This document shows, piece by piece, positions 1 to 11,798 of a stretch of DNA of 64,000 bases. The notes beneath the pieces are model-generated. The model worked only from the letters and a program-made list of their open reading frames with translations. It ran no database searches and was not told the DNA's origin. Every line of letters begins with the position of its first letter. Position 1 is the first letter of the stretch. Origin of the DNA: Ramazzottius varieornatus (lineage: Eukaryota > Animalia > Tardigrada). Both the position numbers and the translations under genes were made by a program. The stretch lies in contig BDGG01000012.1 in the NCBI GenBank assembly GCA_001949185.1, forward strand, positions 1,604,973 through 1,668,972, written 5' to 3'.

Positions 1-2573
1 AAGGAATATACAATTGATCGCTACAAGAGACGGAATGGACGTTCAGTTGAACAAGATTTTACGAGCCGACCATCGGACAGCTGTTTTGCTTTAGGTGTTG
101 AACATGCAAATACTTACCAGTTAGCAACATGACAGTAGCGTAGACAGCGAGAGCCGCTGGTATGGACTTGGCTAAGAGTACCTGAGCGACGAACGGCGAG
201 ATCTAGAAAGGACAAACATTATAATTAAACGCTTACACCGTAAACGGAAAATCTGTTGGAATATTTGCTAGGGTAAAGAGTGTGATCGAACCTTACCATC
301 GAACCGATACGGGCGAAAGAATTACATGTTCCAAGCCCGACAGCGCGGAATGTGGTGGGATACACCTATAAAACAAATTCGGCGATTAGTACTCACATGT
401 AAAGTACACAAGGATGAGCGAATAATGGCTGTTTGACAAGTGTTTATTCAACGGACTGACCTCTGAAGTGTACACGAAAACGACATTTCCGACCGCCGAC
501 ATGAACATACGAGAACTCATGATGAAGAAAGACAGCAGATACCGCGTTGTGCATATGTTCATCAGTAGGGTGAAGCCGGCACAACCGATCAGGTTCACCA
601 CGAATGTCCACTTTCGGCCCACGCGATCCATTAGCAGAAGATTAATCACCAGCGCTATCCAAAATGAAACCACAAGATATCAATAAAACCATAATGGTAT
701 TATGTTGGGTTAATCACGTACATACAACACCTGGGATGTCGGCGAATGGTTCCACCCAAAGCATAATCTCGAATGGCGCAATCGCCAGTTGCAACTGGCT
801 AGGAGCGTGCGCATTTTGAGAAAACAATTCTGGGGGAATCTATTTGCCGATGTTTGAATTACTTTCTTACATCCGAATTCTCCAAGGGTTCCAACAATGA
901 TCGTCACGTAATCGTCAGTGGACAACGGTCGACATTCGCAGTCCTCAATGTTGATCGAAACGTGTTCTTCGGTCCGCACAACATTCCCTGGAAAAGAGCA
1001 GGAAGAGTTATGGACCAAGAATCACCGAATTATTAGTTTTGGGCGTGGTCGCTAGAGAAAGCATACCTGAAATATCGCACATCTGGGTTCGCTCCACAAT
1101 TTCGGTGGATCCTAGTACTACTCCAAAGTATCCGAAAGTCATGCAGAACCAAACGATGAAGAGCTGTATGGTCAGCCGGCGGTAAGGTCCGGAAAACATA
1201 TCCTTGATCTTCCCTTGCTCTTGCTAACAGACCAAACCACGTCAAGAAAAGGCGTTACATGTGAGAAAACAGATACTGGAAGAAACACATAACATTATTT
1301 ATTAGAAGGGTTTTTCAGAAATGACTTCTTACATGAGCTGGTTGTAATAATTTTCCGGCTGGGAGACTTGTGTTGTTTTCTCTGGCAATCTTTTGCAGGA
1401 CAGACAACGCCCTGTCGTATCTATCAACCGACAGTAAGTATCTCGGCGACTCTGGCACCAGCTAAGCAGAAGAAAGTAAACACTATCATTAATACCGATT
1501 AAAGAGCAGCCCCCAACAAACTCTTTATAATTAGAACCGACAACACAGAAGCAACAAGAAAGCATCTACGGCTCTCACTCTGAAAAACGCAAGGCTGATC
1601 CACGCAAGAACCGCTGTAAGAACCATTAGCCATCGCCAGCCGAATTGCGGTATGATTATCGCCGCTGTGGCAATCAAGATGAAACTGCCTAACGCCCAAA
1701 ATAGCTAAATGAAGGAACAACAAGAAGACATGCTCCGTTACGTCGAGACCCGAAACGTGGAAAACATGTGGACCTTACTTGGTTGAGGACTAAGGTTTTT
1801 CCTCGATGCTTCGGAGGAAGCATTTCCGCAAAAAGAATAAAGCTACAGAATACAAAAAAACATTTCAATATAATTTTGGGCGTATATGTAATGTAATATA
1901 AAATCACCTTTGTCCTGTCCCAACTACGCAAGCTCCCACCATCATTCTCAGGAACAACAACCAGTGATAGGTGGGACTGAAGGCTGTCAAAACACCGAAC
2001 CATCCCAGGAGGAACTGGACGATCCATAAGGTCGGCCACCGCCCATACTTGTCTGCCATTTTGCCCCATATCGGTCCAAAAACCAGCATACCGGCGAATA
2101 CCACCTAAATAAATCAACTGGTATACGAAGTAACCAAAGCTGTATCTTGCGGGAAATTCAGCAAAGTTTACCTCTGTCAGAAACGTGAAAAGCGGCTTAC
2201 GGTAGACAGAGTGGCCAGGTCGAACTGCGAAAGTCCCCATTCGCACCGCAGCACGGGAGATAGAACGGACAATAGCATAATTTCCACTGCGTCAGCAACC
2301 TGCATACCGATGAACAGAAAAAGCCCAGATGATTATATAACAAAATATTCGACCGGAAGTCAACAGTTGAAAACAAACCCCGAAGAATCCAAGCACGCAG
2401 ATCATCTTCAGCTGGTATCTTCCGAAGCCAATCGTTTCCAGTGCTTGGTCCACCGTGTATCCGTCCAGAGAATCGATGCTTTCTTCGGAGTCCCGTCGGC
2501 CCTCTTGTCGTTCGGCATCTTCCCGCATCTGGTGCATGGGAACTTCCACGACTGCAGGCTCGGGATGCTCCAT
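1..2573 (-). CDS. SV2/SVOP-like MFS transporter, multi-exon, 3' end beyond the left window edge
   Basis: Spliced ORF pieces: YTVDQALETIGFGRYQ, WGKMADKYGRW (MFS motif A), EMLPPKHRG, ESRR, DRVGRKW, VYTSEVYPTTFRAVGLG. A further acceptor near position 22 shows the gene continues past base 1. Confidence 0.88.
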
Positions 2574-3082
2574 GTTGCTTCCTGGCTCACCGTGTAAGTC
2601 ACTGCAAGCGTTTCCGTACAGTGTTCACCCTGAATCTCCCGCGTGACTACTTAGCATGCTGCAGTGGAAAATCCGTCGACTCAGTAATTAGCTGCTGTAG
2701 TTCAAGCCGTAGAGATGGACGACTATCCGGCGCCGGTCAAGCAGACGCTGCAGCGCTGCTTATCCTGGAGTGCGATTTCTTACAGAAGAATCAAAGGCGC
2801 TGGAAATTTGGATTCCACTTCCTTGTCTGTCACCTCCCATGCAAGTTAGAGAATGCAAATAACGAGGAACACTGTCTAGCGAGACACTACGTTCTGACTT
2901 CTTTGTCAGAGCGGTTCATAATGGTGATGGATTATTACATAACCAACTTACACCGCAGAGACAATCATTGAAGCGAAACCGCATAGTACGCATACCTCCC
3001 CAACGGACAAACTTGACACGGCTGACGCGACGTAACAAGCTGACACTGCCTTCGTTCTACCAGTACCAGTGTCAGTCAGTGG

Positions 3083-3539
3083 TAGTGATGAGCATTACAC
3101 GCAGATGGTCCGTGTAATGTAAATTGTAATGTAAAATAGTGTAATTGTAAAATTGTAATTACATTTCACACCAGTTTACATTTTACAAACCGAGCAGTTT
3201 ATAACGTATAAAAGTGATATGGAGCGAGTAAAATGTCAGACCAACAACTACTGCGTTTGCACAAAACATAGTTCTGTGCAATCGTTTTCCAGAAATAGAT
3301 AAAAGTACGGGTTGCAATAGACATAAGCTTACAAAATGGCCATATTGACGAAGTTTTTCACAATTGTCCCACGTAAATCAGCCAGGTTTACATTTTTCGT
3401 GGCAGAACGCTCAAAAATACCACAGATTTTCGGCTTGTAAAACGTGTATTTACATTTTACATTTATATTACAACTTCCCGGCGGTTGTAATGCCGTGTAA
3501 AAGTGTTAATTGTAATGTAAAATGTAATGCTCATCATTA
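3083..3539. mobile_element. hAT-like MITE (457 bp)
   Basis: 17-bp TIR TAGTGATGAGCATTACA (3083-3099) vs TGTAATGCTCATCATTA (3523-3539), 1 mismatch. Perfect 8-bp flanking duplication GTCAGTGG (3075-3082, 3540-3547). Many subterminal TGTAA/TTACA motifs, no coding capacity. Confidence 0.88.
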
Positions 3540-5898
3540 GTCAGTGGTGCCCGGAGACTCGGCGGAGAGGTCACAAACCGGCGTAAAAGTGGGTCAGCGG
3601 CAACTTGACCACTTTTATTTAGGGTCCAGTACTTAGGCCACGATACTGCATTAACTGCAAAAAAGCTCGGGTGCTTTTGACTGCAGTCACCGAGCCTGAC
3701 CGAGGTAGAACTAAAATTCCGCATGTGGACTACGCGGAGGCAAAGCTTTTCCATCATGCCAAAACGAACATTATCACTGCCTACAAGCTTTGGCTTTTTC
3801 TTAAGTGCAGTATTGCCATTAAATCATAAGCTGTAATGGCATTGTTTTCGAACATTGATCAGACTCGAGAATTCAGAAATTAGAGTGGGCAGAAACAACG
3901 CTCGAGATATCAATAACAGTCTATTCATGAACTTATAACGACCAAGACCTCTGCCAGTAAACACGTTGTTTATCCGCAAACGTACCAGGAAAACCATAAT
4001 TACTCGCACGAAGAAAATATTCAGTCACATGATATCGACATTAAGTCTTTAGACGTACATTCGATATCAGCTTGAGTTAGTTCTGCTTGCTGCACCAACG
4101 AGTGCCGGTGCGGGTGGACAAAAGGCCAGGCCTGGGCAAGATTAAACTGGTTTTGGGAAAAATATAATTCCCTTCTCCGACGTGCTACAATTCCTAGTGA
4201 ACGTATGCTGCTTTCATCTGTAAGTCTCATGCACCCACTGCTTTGTTTGATCTCTAAAAAGGCTATAATTACACTTCCCAGCAAATGTAAATATTTTAAA
4301 ACTGCCTTTACGTGCATGTGGATTTTTTGGGACGTTTTCTCGCTGTCAAATTACGGTTCAGAGAACAGCCAGTCACAATATGGAAGGTGTGCCCTGGAGC
4401 TGGACAAGAGTTGGACCTGTGGTCCAACACTTCACCTTGACCTTGCGTATTTTTTGTGACCTCTCCGGGCACCACTGGTGTCGGTGGTTGTACTCCACGC
4501 ATGAACGCGCGACACAACTTCCTCGTTCGAGATTTTCGGTACCTGAATCGTGCTTCTTGAATAATAATGCTGGAAAAAATGTACGAGGAACTTGGGAGAC
4601 CTGGAATTGACGGAGCTCTTAGCAAAAACCTTTCAGCGTTCATTTGTTTCTCGAAGGTTTTGCTCAAGGCAGCTCGTGTGCCGCAGAGACCCAAGAGCTC
4701 AAAGTCCGCGATCGATCTTGAAGGGAGAACATATAACCACTGCAGATGCGATGTGTAGAGCGATATCAGAATAATATTATTTCTGCGCGAGACTGCTTCA
4801 AAGAGCACACCAGATCGACTGAACCATTCCGAGCAGACGTTTGGATCCCAACTCCCAAGTTTACTTGCCGAGGAACTCGAGAGCGGAACAGATCTCTTCT
4901 TGCAAACTTGCCAAATAGAATGAAGAAATGAACAACGAAGAGCAAAAGCAGGGACCCAAGAAACTAAGATCAGAGATAAGTGGGAACCTCGGGTCAATGG
5001 TCAGCAGGCTCGACAATAGCCAAGAGGAGGCGGCCAAGATCAAGTAAGGGTTTTCGAGCCTGCCACCCCCGCACCCCGAGCCGTTGCGGGAATTCAAAAT
5101 CTAAAAATTCAAATTTTCAGATCAGGTCAACCGGATTTAAGAAATCAATTTAATCTTAATTACCAGCGGTCCGATCGACGGCAAGTCCAACGCTTTCCGC
5201 CAGACTTTACAGGTTTGTGACTTTGGACTACAGACTGCTGTTGGATCGCAGACTTCATCAGGAACACGGGTACGCCTTCTTACTTGTGAAGAAACTTGCG
5301 GATCCTCAACCGGACACCGATCCTCTTCGGTCGGTAAGTAGTCCATTCCGTATGACTGATGGTGTGTTTCAGAGTCTGAAATTCAGACTTTTACCTTCGC
5401 TGCTGTTCGCAGTCCTCTTGCTGGGAACTAGGACAGGGATAAGTTCTTATAGCCTACCTGCGGATACGCGCAAATCGATGTTGGGAATCTCATGGCGATC
5501 GTGAACGAATGATCCACTTGACTAAACTTTCGGAGTCAAAACCAACCTGTTACCGAATGTTTTGGTTCCTTTGATTGATTGATTTTGCAGGTGGTTAAAC
5601 GAAGAGATTGAGCATCCGGTTTAGACCGGTCCTGCCACTTCGAGCAGCTCTGACACTTCTCGTATTGTTTGTTTATGGTCAAAAGGCTTGTTCATAAACC
5701 TGTCAACACCAGCCGTACTACGATTACGAGCAGAAAAGGAACGAATAGATCATGAAGTTTGACAGTAACAAATCACTTGCGTGTTGGTGAATGGTTGGAC
5801 AGTTTTGGCGCGAAATTGTTTATGCGTAACCTAAGTAGCTTCTGCTTATCCTTCTTCGAACTAACTACGGTTTGCAGTTTCTGGAACCGAATTAAAAA

Positions 5899-8737
5899 AT
5901 GGCTGATAAAGAAGGAGGCCCCGTAACGAGAGCGCGGTCACAGCGAAGTCGCTCAAAGGAGCCCACCAACGTCACTCCCGTCACCAGAGCGTCTCGCGGA
6001 GCTCTCAGCCTGGAAGCAGTGGCTGAAGCTGACAACCTCTTCGCCACTCCCACCAGCACACAGTCCCAGAAGAGTGGCCGTACCGAGTCTTCGATGAGCA
6101 TCAACTTGAATGGGAACAGTCCTCAAAACAGCTCCGGAAGTCGGGTCCATTCTCCTCAGCTGTCGCGTGCCCAGGAGAAAGACGAGCTTCACAACCTTAA
6201 CGATCGGCTGGCCAAAGTCCTGACCCAGAACAGCAGATACAAGGAAGAAAATAGCCTTCTTCGGGTAGGCCTTTAAATCTCAGCTGAACAGTTTGATATA
6301 ATGTTTCCATACGCGTGCGTTGTTTTAGGCTCAGTTGGAACACGTTGCAGAGACAACTTCTGCTGATCTGCAAGACCAAATTGACAAGTACAAGATCGAG
6401 ATGGGCAAGCTCCGCAAGTGCGTCGATGTTGTGACGGCCGAGAAGGACCGAGAAATATTGGCCAAGGAGAAACTGGAAGCTCAGCTTCGGGATGCCAATT
6501 CAGAGTATGTATCACTATCCAATGCCACTCTACAGGGGACAGGCCGTGAAACTAGTCATAAAACTTGCTTGTATCGCAAATAACTGGGGAAGTGTACGCT
6601 CCCCATAAAAGCCGCGCTGCGTAGAAAGTTTCACGGCCTGTCCCCTGTAGAGTGGCATTGCGCTATCATAACATAATGGTCCAAATAAGTCCTTCTTGAT
6701 AACCAATAAACTAGCTCAACAAAAGCTGTCGTTATTCTTGTACAGGCTGAACGGGCTACGAAGTCGTGTGGATGATGCCGAGAGCCGCATGAAGCAAGCA
6801 GAGAGGGAGGCTCGAGATCGACAACAGAAGCTGGCCGAGGCGGAAGCAGTCGCTAAAGAACTCGATACCGAACGCCAGGTAAGAACAATTGTGCATCCGA
6901 ATTAGCCTTCTAGGCTCTGAACTTCGTTGTTCTTCCTTCTAGCGTTTGGAGAAGCAGCTGAACGACGCGCTGAAGAAGCTGGCCAGTGCCCAAGACAGTT
7001 TGGAGCGGGAGACCTTGACGAAGACTGACCTGGAGAACCAGCTGAAGACCGCGATGGAGGATTCCGAGTTCCAGACTTCTCTTCTCCAATCGGTACGTTT
7101 CTAAAGGTGCATAATGATTTGAATATTCGTAACTTTTATTGATGGCTGTTGCAGAAAATCCAGCGACAGTCGGTTTCGGTGACGACGGTCGACTCTGCCC
7201 TTCGTCCGCAATCTGGTCCAGATCTTGCTGTTTACACCAGTGAGTTCCGTCAGATGATGGAAGATGCCCAGGCGGAACTGGAGGAGAACATGGAGCGAGC
7301 GTACGGACAGAAGGTATTTCCGTGTTCGAAGATCGAACCACGATTGTTTTTGTGGATGTATTTTTGAGTGCTTGAATTGGTTCTAGATCGACAACTTGGA
7401 GCAACGAGTCGGTATGCAGAGAAATCAGATTCAGGACTTGGGAAAGGCTTTGAGCGACAGCCAACGAGACCTGAAGGAGAACCAGAAAGATAACAAGGAA
7501 CTGATGAAACAGGTTAGTCTATTATGGCAGAGAAATTTTGAAATACCGTATTCTGGACTGAGTAAACCCCGAAGTTTCTCTGTGCTTTTGTTGGAAACAC
7601 CGTCTGAATAACTTTCGAACTGTTTATGATTTGTCTAGAAACAAAAGCTGGAAGCTGATATGGAGAAAATGGACCACAAGTACCGTCAACATCAGCTGGA
7701 AAGCGCTGATCGTATCAAGAACTTGTCAGCGCAAGCCAGCGAAACCATGAAGCTGTACCAGCAGCTGATGGAGGAGAACCGCGAGCTCCAAAACATTAAC
7801 ACTGAGATCACGGCTGAGTTGAGGATGTATGACAATTTGCTGAAAGAGGAAGAGATTCGGTAAGCCACTTTCCTTCTGAATTTCGAGCTTGCCAGAGTCT
7901 TACGAGTGTTTTATTGCAGACTGGGCATTCAGAGTCCCACGCAAGCTGAGCCCTCTTCTCGCAAGCGTCCACGATACTCCGATGGCGATGGTCTCGGTCG
8001 TAGTACCACCCCCGTGTCCCGCACGAACCGCTTGAAGCGCGGTATGGAGCGCCGCGACTTACCGAGCTCCCAAGTTCGTTCGGTGATCAAGACGTCGGCT
8101 AATAAGTCCATCGCTTCGGGTCCTGTCCGCATTCTGGAAGTCATGCCGGGCAAAGTCATCCGCCTGGAGAACCAGTCTGACGAGGTACGTTGTTCCTACT
8201 CCTGGGTTTTGAACTGGCTGAACATTCACCGCTATTCAGAATATTCCACTGGGTGAATGGACGTTGAAGCAGAAGAGCGAGCTGGGTGCCGAAGTCAGTC
8301 ACAAGTTCCAGAAGGATCAGGTTATCAGCGCGCGCAGTATTATTTCTGTAAGTAACTCCAAAGACATCGTGAATTTGAATAATGAATCGGTTGGTTTTTG
8401 AGGTCGTGGTTCTGGTCTTATAGGTGTATTCGGCTTCACAGTCTCATGTGCCGCACGATGGCAATACGGAGATTCTGTCAGGTACTTTGTGGATCTCCAG
8501 CACGCCGTTGTTGACATCGTTGGCTGATACTTTCGGCACCGAAGTGGCCCAGTATGAGTCGTCTGGCGATACTGTGCAGATGGGCGATGGCGAGGCTGGT
8601 GGCGAAGTCTCTCGAGTCGAGAACAGGGTACGTGTGAATGGTCACTGGTCAGAGAGATCAGTGGTGATGGGATGATTTACACTCTTGTTTCTTGGTAGGG
8701 AGTATTCGGAAGCCTGAAGAGTGCCATTTTTGGATGA
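5899..8737 (+). CDS. Nuclear lamin (head, IF rod, NLS, Ig-like tail domain) lacking a C-terminal CaaX box
   Basis: SPQLSRAQEKDELHNLNDRLA (CDK site plus coil 1A), ELRMYDNLLKEEEIR (rod end), SRKRPR NLS, GPVRILEV..VIRLEN..GEWTLKQ tail domain. Last exon 8699-8737 reads GVFGSLKSAIFG*. Confidence 0.92.
6520..6660. mobile_element. 141-bp MITE with perfect 34-bp TIRs inside lamin intron 6505-6745
   Basis: CAATGCCACTCTACAGGGGACAGGCCGTGAAACT (6520-6553) is the exact reverse complement of 6627-6660. Flanks CACTATC / CGCTATC may be a 7-bp TSD with 1 mismatch. Confidence 0.85.
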
Positions 8738-9068
8738 AGAGTTCCTGCGCTTTTGTCTCTCGTTGTTTAAAATATTAAGTTTTTTTTTCTGGTCTGGATG
8801 ACATTTTTGTGTAATTTAGATCCTCTTATACATCTTATTTTGTATCTTTTTATGTTCGCCAAAGAGGGGAATCGTTTGTCAGCAACTTTTGTTTTCTTTG
8901 TCCGTGAATAAGTTAGAAATAAATCGGTTGTGAAGGACCCGACTTTCATTGAGCAGCAAGGAATCTTTGATAGGTTTGTAACTGGTCTCTTGTGAGTATT
9001 CCAGTGTTTTCTCTTCAGGGGAACAGTTTGTAGGACATTAGGTGGGAGGAGTACATCTCCGAAGGGTA

Positions 9069-9252
9069 CACGTACGTTGGGTAATTATGGGACACTAAAA
9101 AACTATGGGACAGGCCTTTTCGCGTACGTACATGACCGATTCACAGTACAGCAATATACTATTCGACACTTTTCTACGGTTGAATTTCCATCTTGCCGTC
9201 CTTTCCGCCTGTCCCATAATTTTAAGTATCCCATAATTACCTACCGTACGTG
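9069..9252. mobile_element. Tc1/mariner-type MITE, family A copy 1
   Basis: ~47-bp imperfect TIRs CACGTACG..TAATTATGGGA.ACT.AAAA.TATGGGACAGGC with TA on both flanks (9067-68, 9253-54). Interior similar to 23921-24117. Confidence 0.85.
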
Positions 9253-9538
9253 TACAGCAGGAGTTTGTGGAACTCGGATGTACATAGATTTATTGAGCCT
9301 CGACAATCTAGTCGACGGCTTCCTCGATCAGAGGATTCCCAAACATATCAAAATACAATAATAACAGCTTTGGCAAGTGGAAGTGATCAAGACTAACTTC
9401 AGAAGATCGACGCATGGAAATTACAATCCGAGATCAGGCACCAGAAAAGAGGATGGAAATCTTCCACAACCATAGCAGAGTGAACTAACCACTAAACAAG
9501 GAAATGAGGGAGCGTTCTTTCCGCCTTCGTTCAGGTGC

Positions 9539-9835
9539 TCATCCGTCCATTTTCATGTCCGACTGGCTTCGTCGTTCCCGGTTTGATGCTCGAGCTGGTC
9601 CATTTGAGTGGTTAGGTCTTTGCTGTCCGTCGCGAGGGTCCTCTTCGTTGATTGGGGTCCGCCCTCCGAACCTGGTAGTGCCGACGGAGACTTGGTCCGC
9701 CTTGCTTGCCGATTCGTGGTTCTGGTGGGCATTCGTCGGCCATCCTCCTCTATAGTCTCGGGGCAGGCTTCCCGGCCATGTCGTGCTGTCATATGACATG
9801 ACAAGACGCATGACTTACCGTGTTACGCAGCACAT
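9539..9835 (-). CDS. Putative small two-exon orphan protein (~75 aa, hydrophilic, starts MCCVTR)
   Basis: GTAAGT donor at 9818 and TAG acceptor at 9750 define a 69-nt intron joining ATG 9835 in frame to ORF 9539-9749. Minus-strand AATAAA at 9289-9294. No homology recognised and the reading frame is ambiguous. Confidence 0.35.
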
Positions 9836-10014
9836 GCAATGTTGCACTGGTTGGTTCGATTCTCTAATCTCTAACTGAGAATTTCAGTTCTCTGTTTCTC
9901 ACCGTGAGACGTGAGCTCCATGTTTGACTTTGTTTTGTAATATTTATCATCATCCCGGAGAACAGCCGTTGTATTAGTCAAGTTTGTATCTGCCGGAAAC
10001 CGGAAGGCATCGCC

Positions 10015-11521
10015 ATGAAGGACGACAACCGCGATAAAGTTTTACGAGAGTGGGCGGAAGTGAGGTTTGAGCTCTGAACTTCCTGCAGTTGTTTTAACGA
10101 CACTTATCTCGAGGGTGACCATCGGGCTTCCAGAAGTTATGCTAATGTAGTACTTCGTCTATAGTGAAGGATCTGCAGGCACCAGCGAAGAAAAGTTCCG
10201 AATTTTTTGTGGAAAGACGTTCGGAATGGACTCCACTTCGCTCGCAGAGTTAACGCCCACATTGGATCAAGCATTCTCCACTTTCGATGCTGATAGGGAT
10301 GGGCACTTGAACACAGCAGAGTTCCAGACCTGCTGGACCTCGTGGATTGAACCTGCAAGTCAATTTTGTTCTTGAGTCCGAAAGAGCTTGATAACCTTAA
10401 CAAGTCTTCTGCGACTGACGGTTATTCTCGTTAATTAGTTTTATGTTCCAGGTTTTGTTTCCGCGAAATGCACTACTCGTTATAGACATTCAGAACGATT
10501 TCATTACCGGAAGTCTTGCGCTAAAGAACGCACCGGCGAAACAAGACGGAGCGGAAGTCGTTCCGATAGCAAACCAGCTGATCGGGTTGGGTCAGTTTCA
10601 AGACGTGGTATACTCGCAAGACTGGCATCCATCGGACCATTGCTCGTTTATCGAAAAGATATCAGAGCAAGAACTGGATTCAAGTACCGAGGTACGCCTT
10701 GTCTCTTATGCATCCATAAGCATTCATGAAATCATCATTATCGTCCGCGAAATGGTACACAAGTCTTTCGATAGATAACAGCTGACAAGGCCAAGGTTTT
10801 CGATACTGTCGTGCTTGCTGGTTCGCCACCTGTGAAACAGCAGCTCTTTCCGTCGCACGCAGTCCGGAACACGAGCGGGGCGGACTTTCATGAAGACCTG
10901 AAGGTAAGATTACGCAGAATGCGGTAGTAAGAGTCTGCTAACCCAGGGTTTCTGGTCTTCTCTAAAGGTTCCTCCCAACAGTAAAATTATCAAGAAAGGA
11001 ACGCACAAACACGCTGATTGTATGAGCGTTTTTGCGGACTATCGAGGTCGTCCAACAGAGCTCGATGTCTGGTTGACGGCGCGGAATATTACAGATGTTT
11101 TTCTGTGCGGGTTGGCAATGGACTACTGCGTGGGTAAGTATCAGTCATAAAATTTCCAGATATGCAAAAAATTCGTCCAAGGTCCTGTTACAGGGTTGAC
11201 TGCATTGGATGCACTGGATTTAGGCTACCGAACATGGGTAGTAGAAGATGGCACGCGTGGCTGCTTCGAAGACCAGATCGAAGACTTGAAGAATCGCATA
11301 AGAAAGAAGGGCGGTATTTTCGTAAAGTCCCACGAGGTATAATTAAAGTTGGTCACTAAGCGTTCGGACACAAGCTTTGCGATGATGACTTACACATGTA
11401 TGTCTTTCAGGTCGAAAACATACTGGGAGGAACTAACCGAAATTTGGAGAAAGTAAAGGCTGGACTTTCGTCGTCTGCTCTCCGCCGACACGGAGCGAAA
11501 GACGAAGCGGGAAACGCGTAG
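10015..11521 (+). CDS. Nicotinamidase (isochorismatase family, Naam/PNC-1-like) with N-terminal EF-hand
   Basis: ALLVIDIQNDFITGSL, QDWHP, IIKKG, VFLCGLAMDYCV carry the D-K-C triad and metal ligands. EF-hand loop DADRDGHLNTAE lies upstream. GC-AG intron 10355-10451. Confidence 0.9.
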
Positions 11522-11798
11522 TTCAAATCAAAGAAATGAATTCCGAAGAGCTGCTTTGTACTCGACTTGTGTTCCTAGCCTTTTGTGTTTCCCGAGTGAC
11601 CTACTACTGTGTGATTCACATTTCCAGTAGCGTTTGTATACCTATGTACACAAACCTTCCTTTCCCGTTTTATTCATACCGCTATATTTTATCCAGCATC
11701 CACTGCTTCACATGGGCCAGACTTCTCGTTTAAAAATTTTCTAAACTTCTTTTATACATACAAAACGCGTAAAAACGAAATAATAAAATCAAATGATG

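Noticed and set aside
3115-3530. TGTAA-rich repeats as a CRISPR array or satellite
   Set aside because: Irregular short motifs inside a TIR/TSD-bounded MITE, with no repeat-spacer periodicity, in a eukaryotic context.
4021-5097. 229-aa minus-strand ORF (4308-4997) and overlapping short ORFs between the transporter and lamin
   Set aside because: No recognisable domain, no consistent splice model and no TIR/TSD found. May be a decayed element but cannot be supported.
5899-8737. Cytoplasmic intermediate filament (cytotardin-like) identity
   Set aside because: The protein has an NLS, a CDK site and a lamin tail domain, which indicate a nuclear lamin.
10015-11521. Nicotinamidase as a bacterial horizontal transfer
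   Set aside because: Multiple spliceosomal introns and an animal Naam-like EF-hand architecture. Invertebrates have native nicotinamidases.
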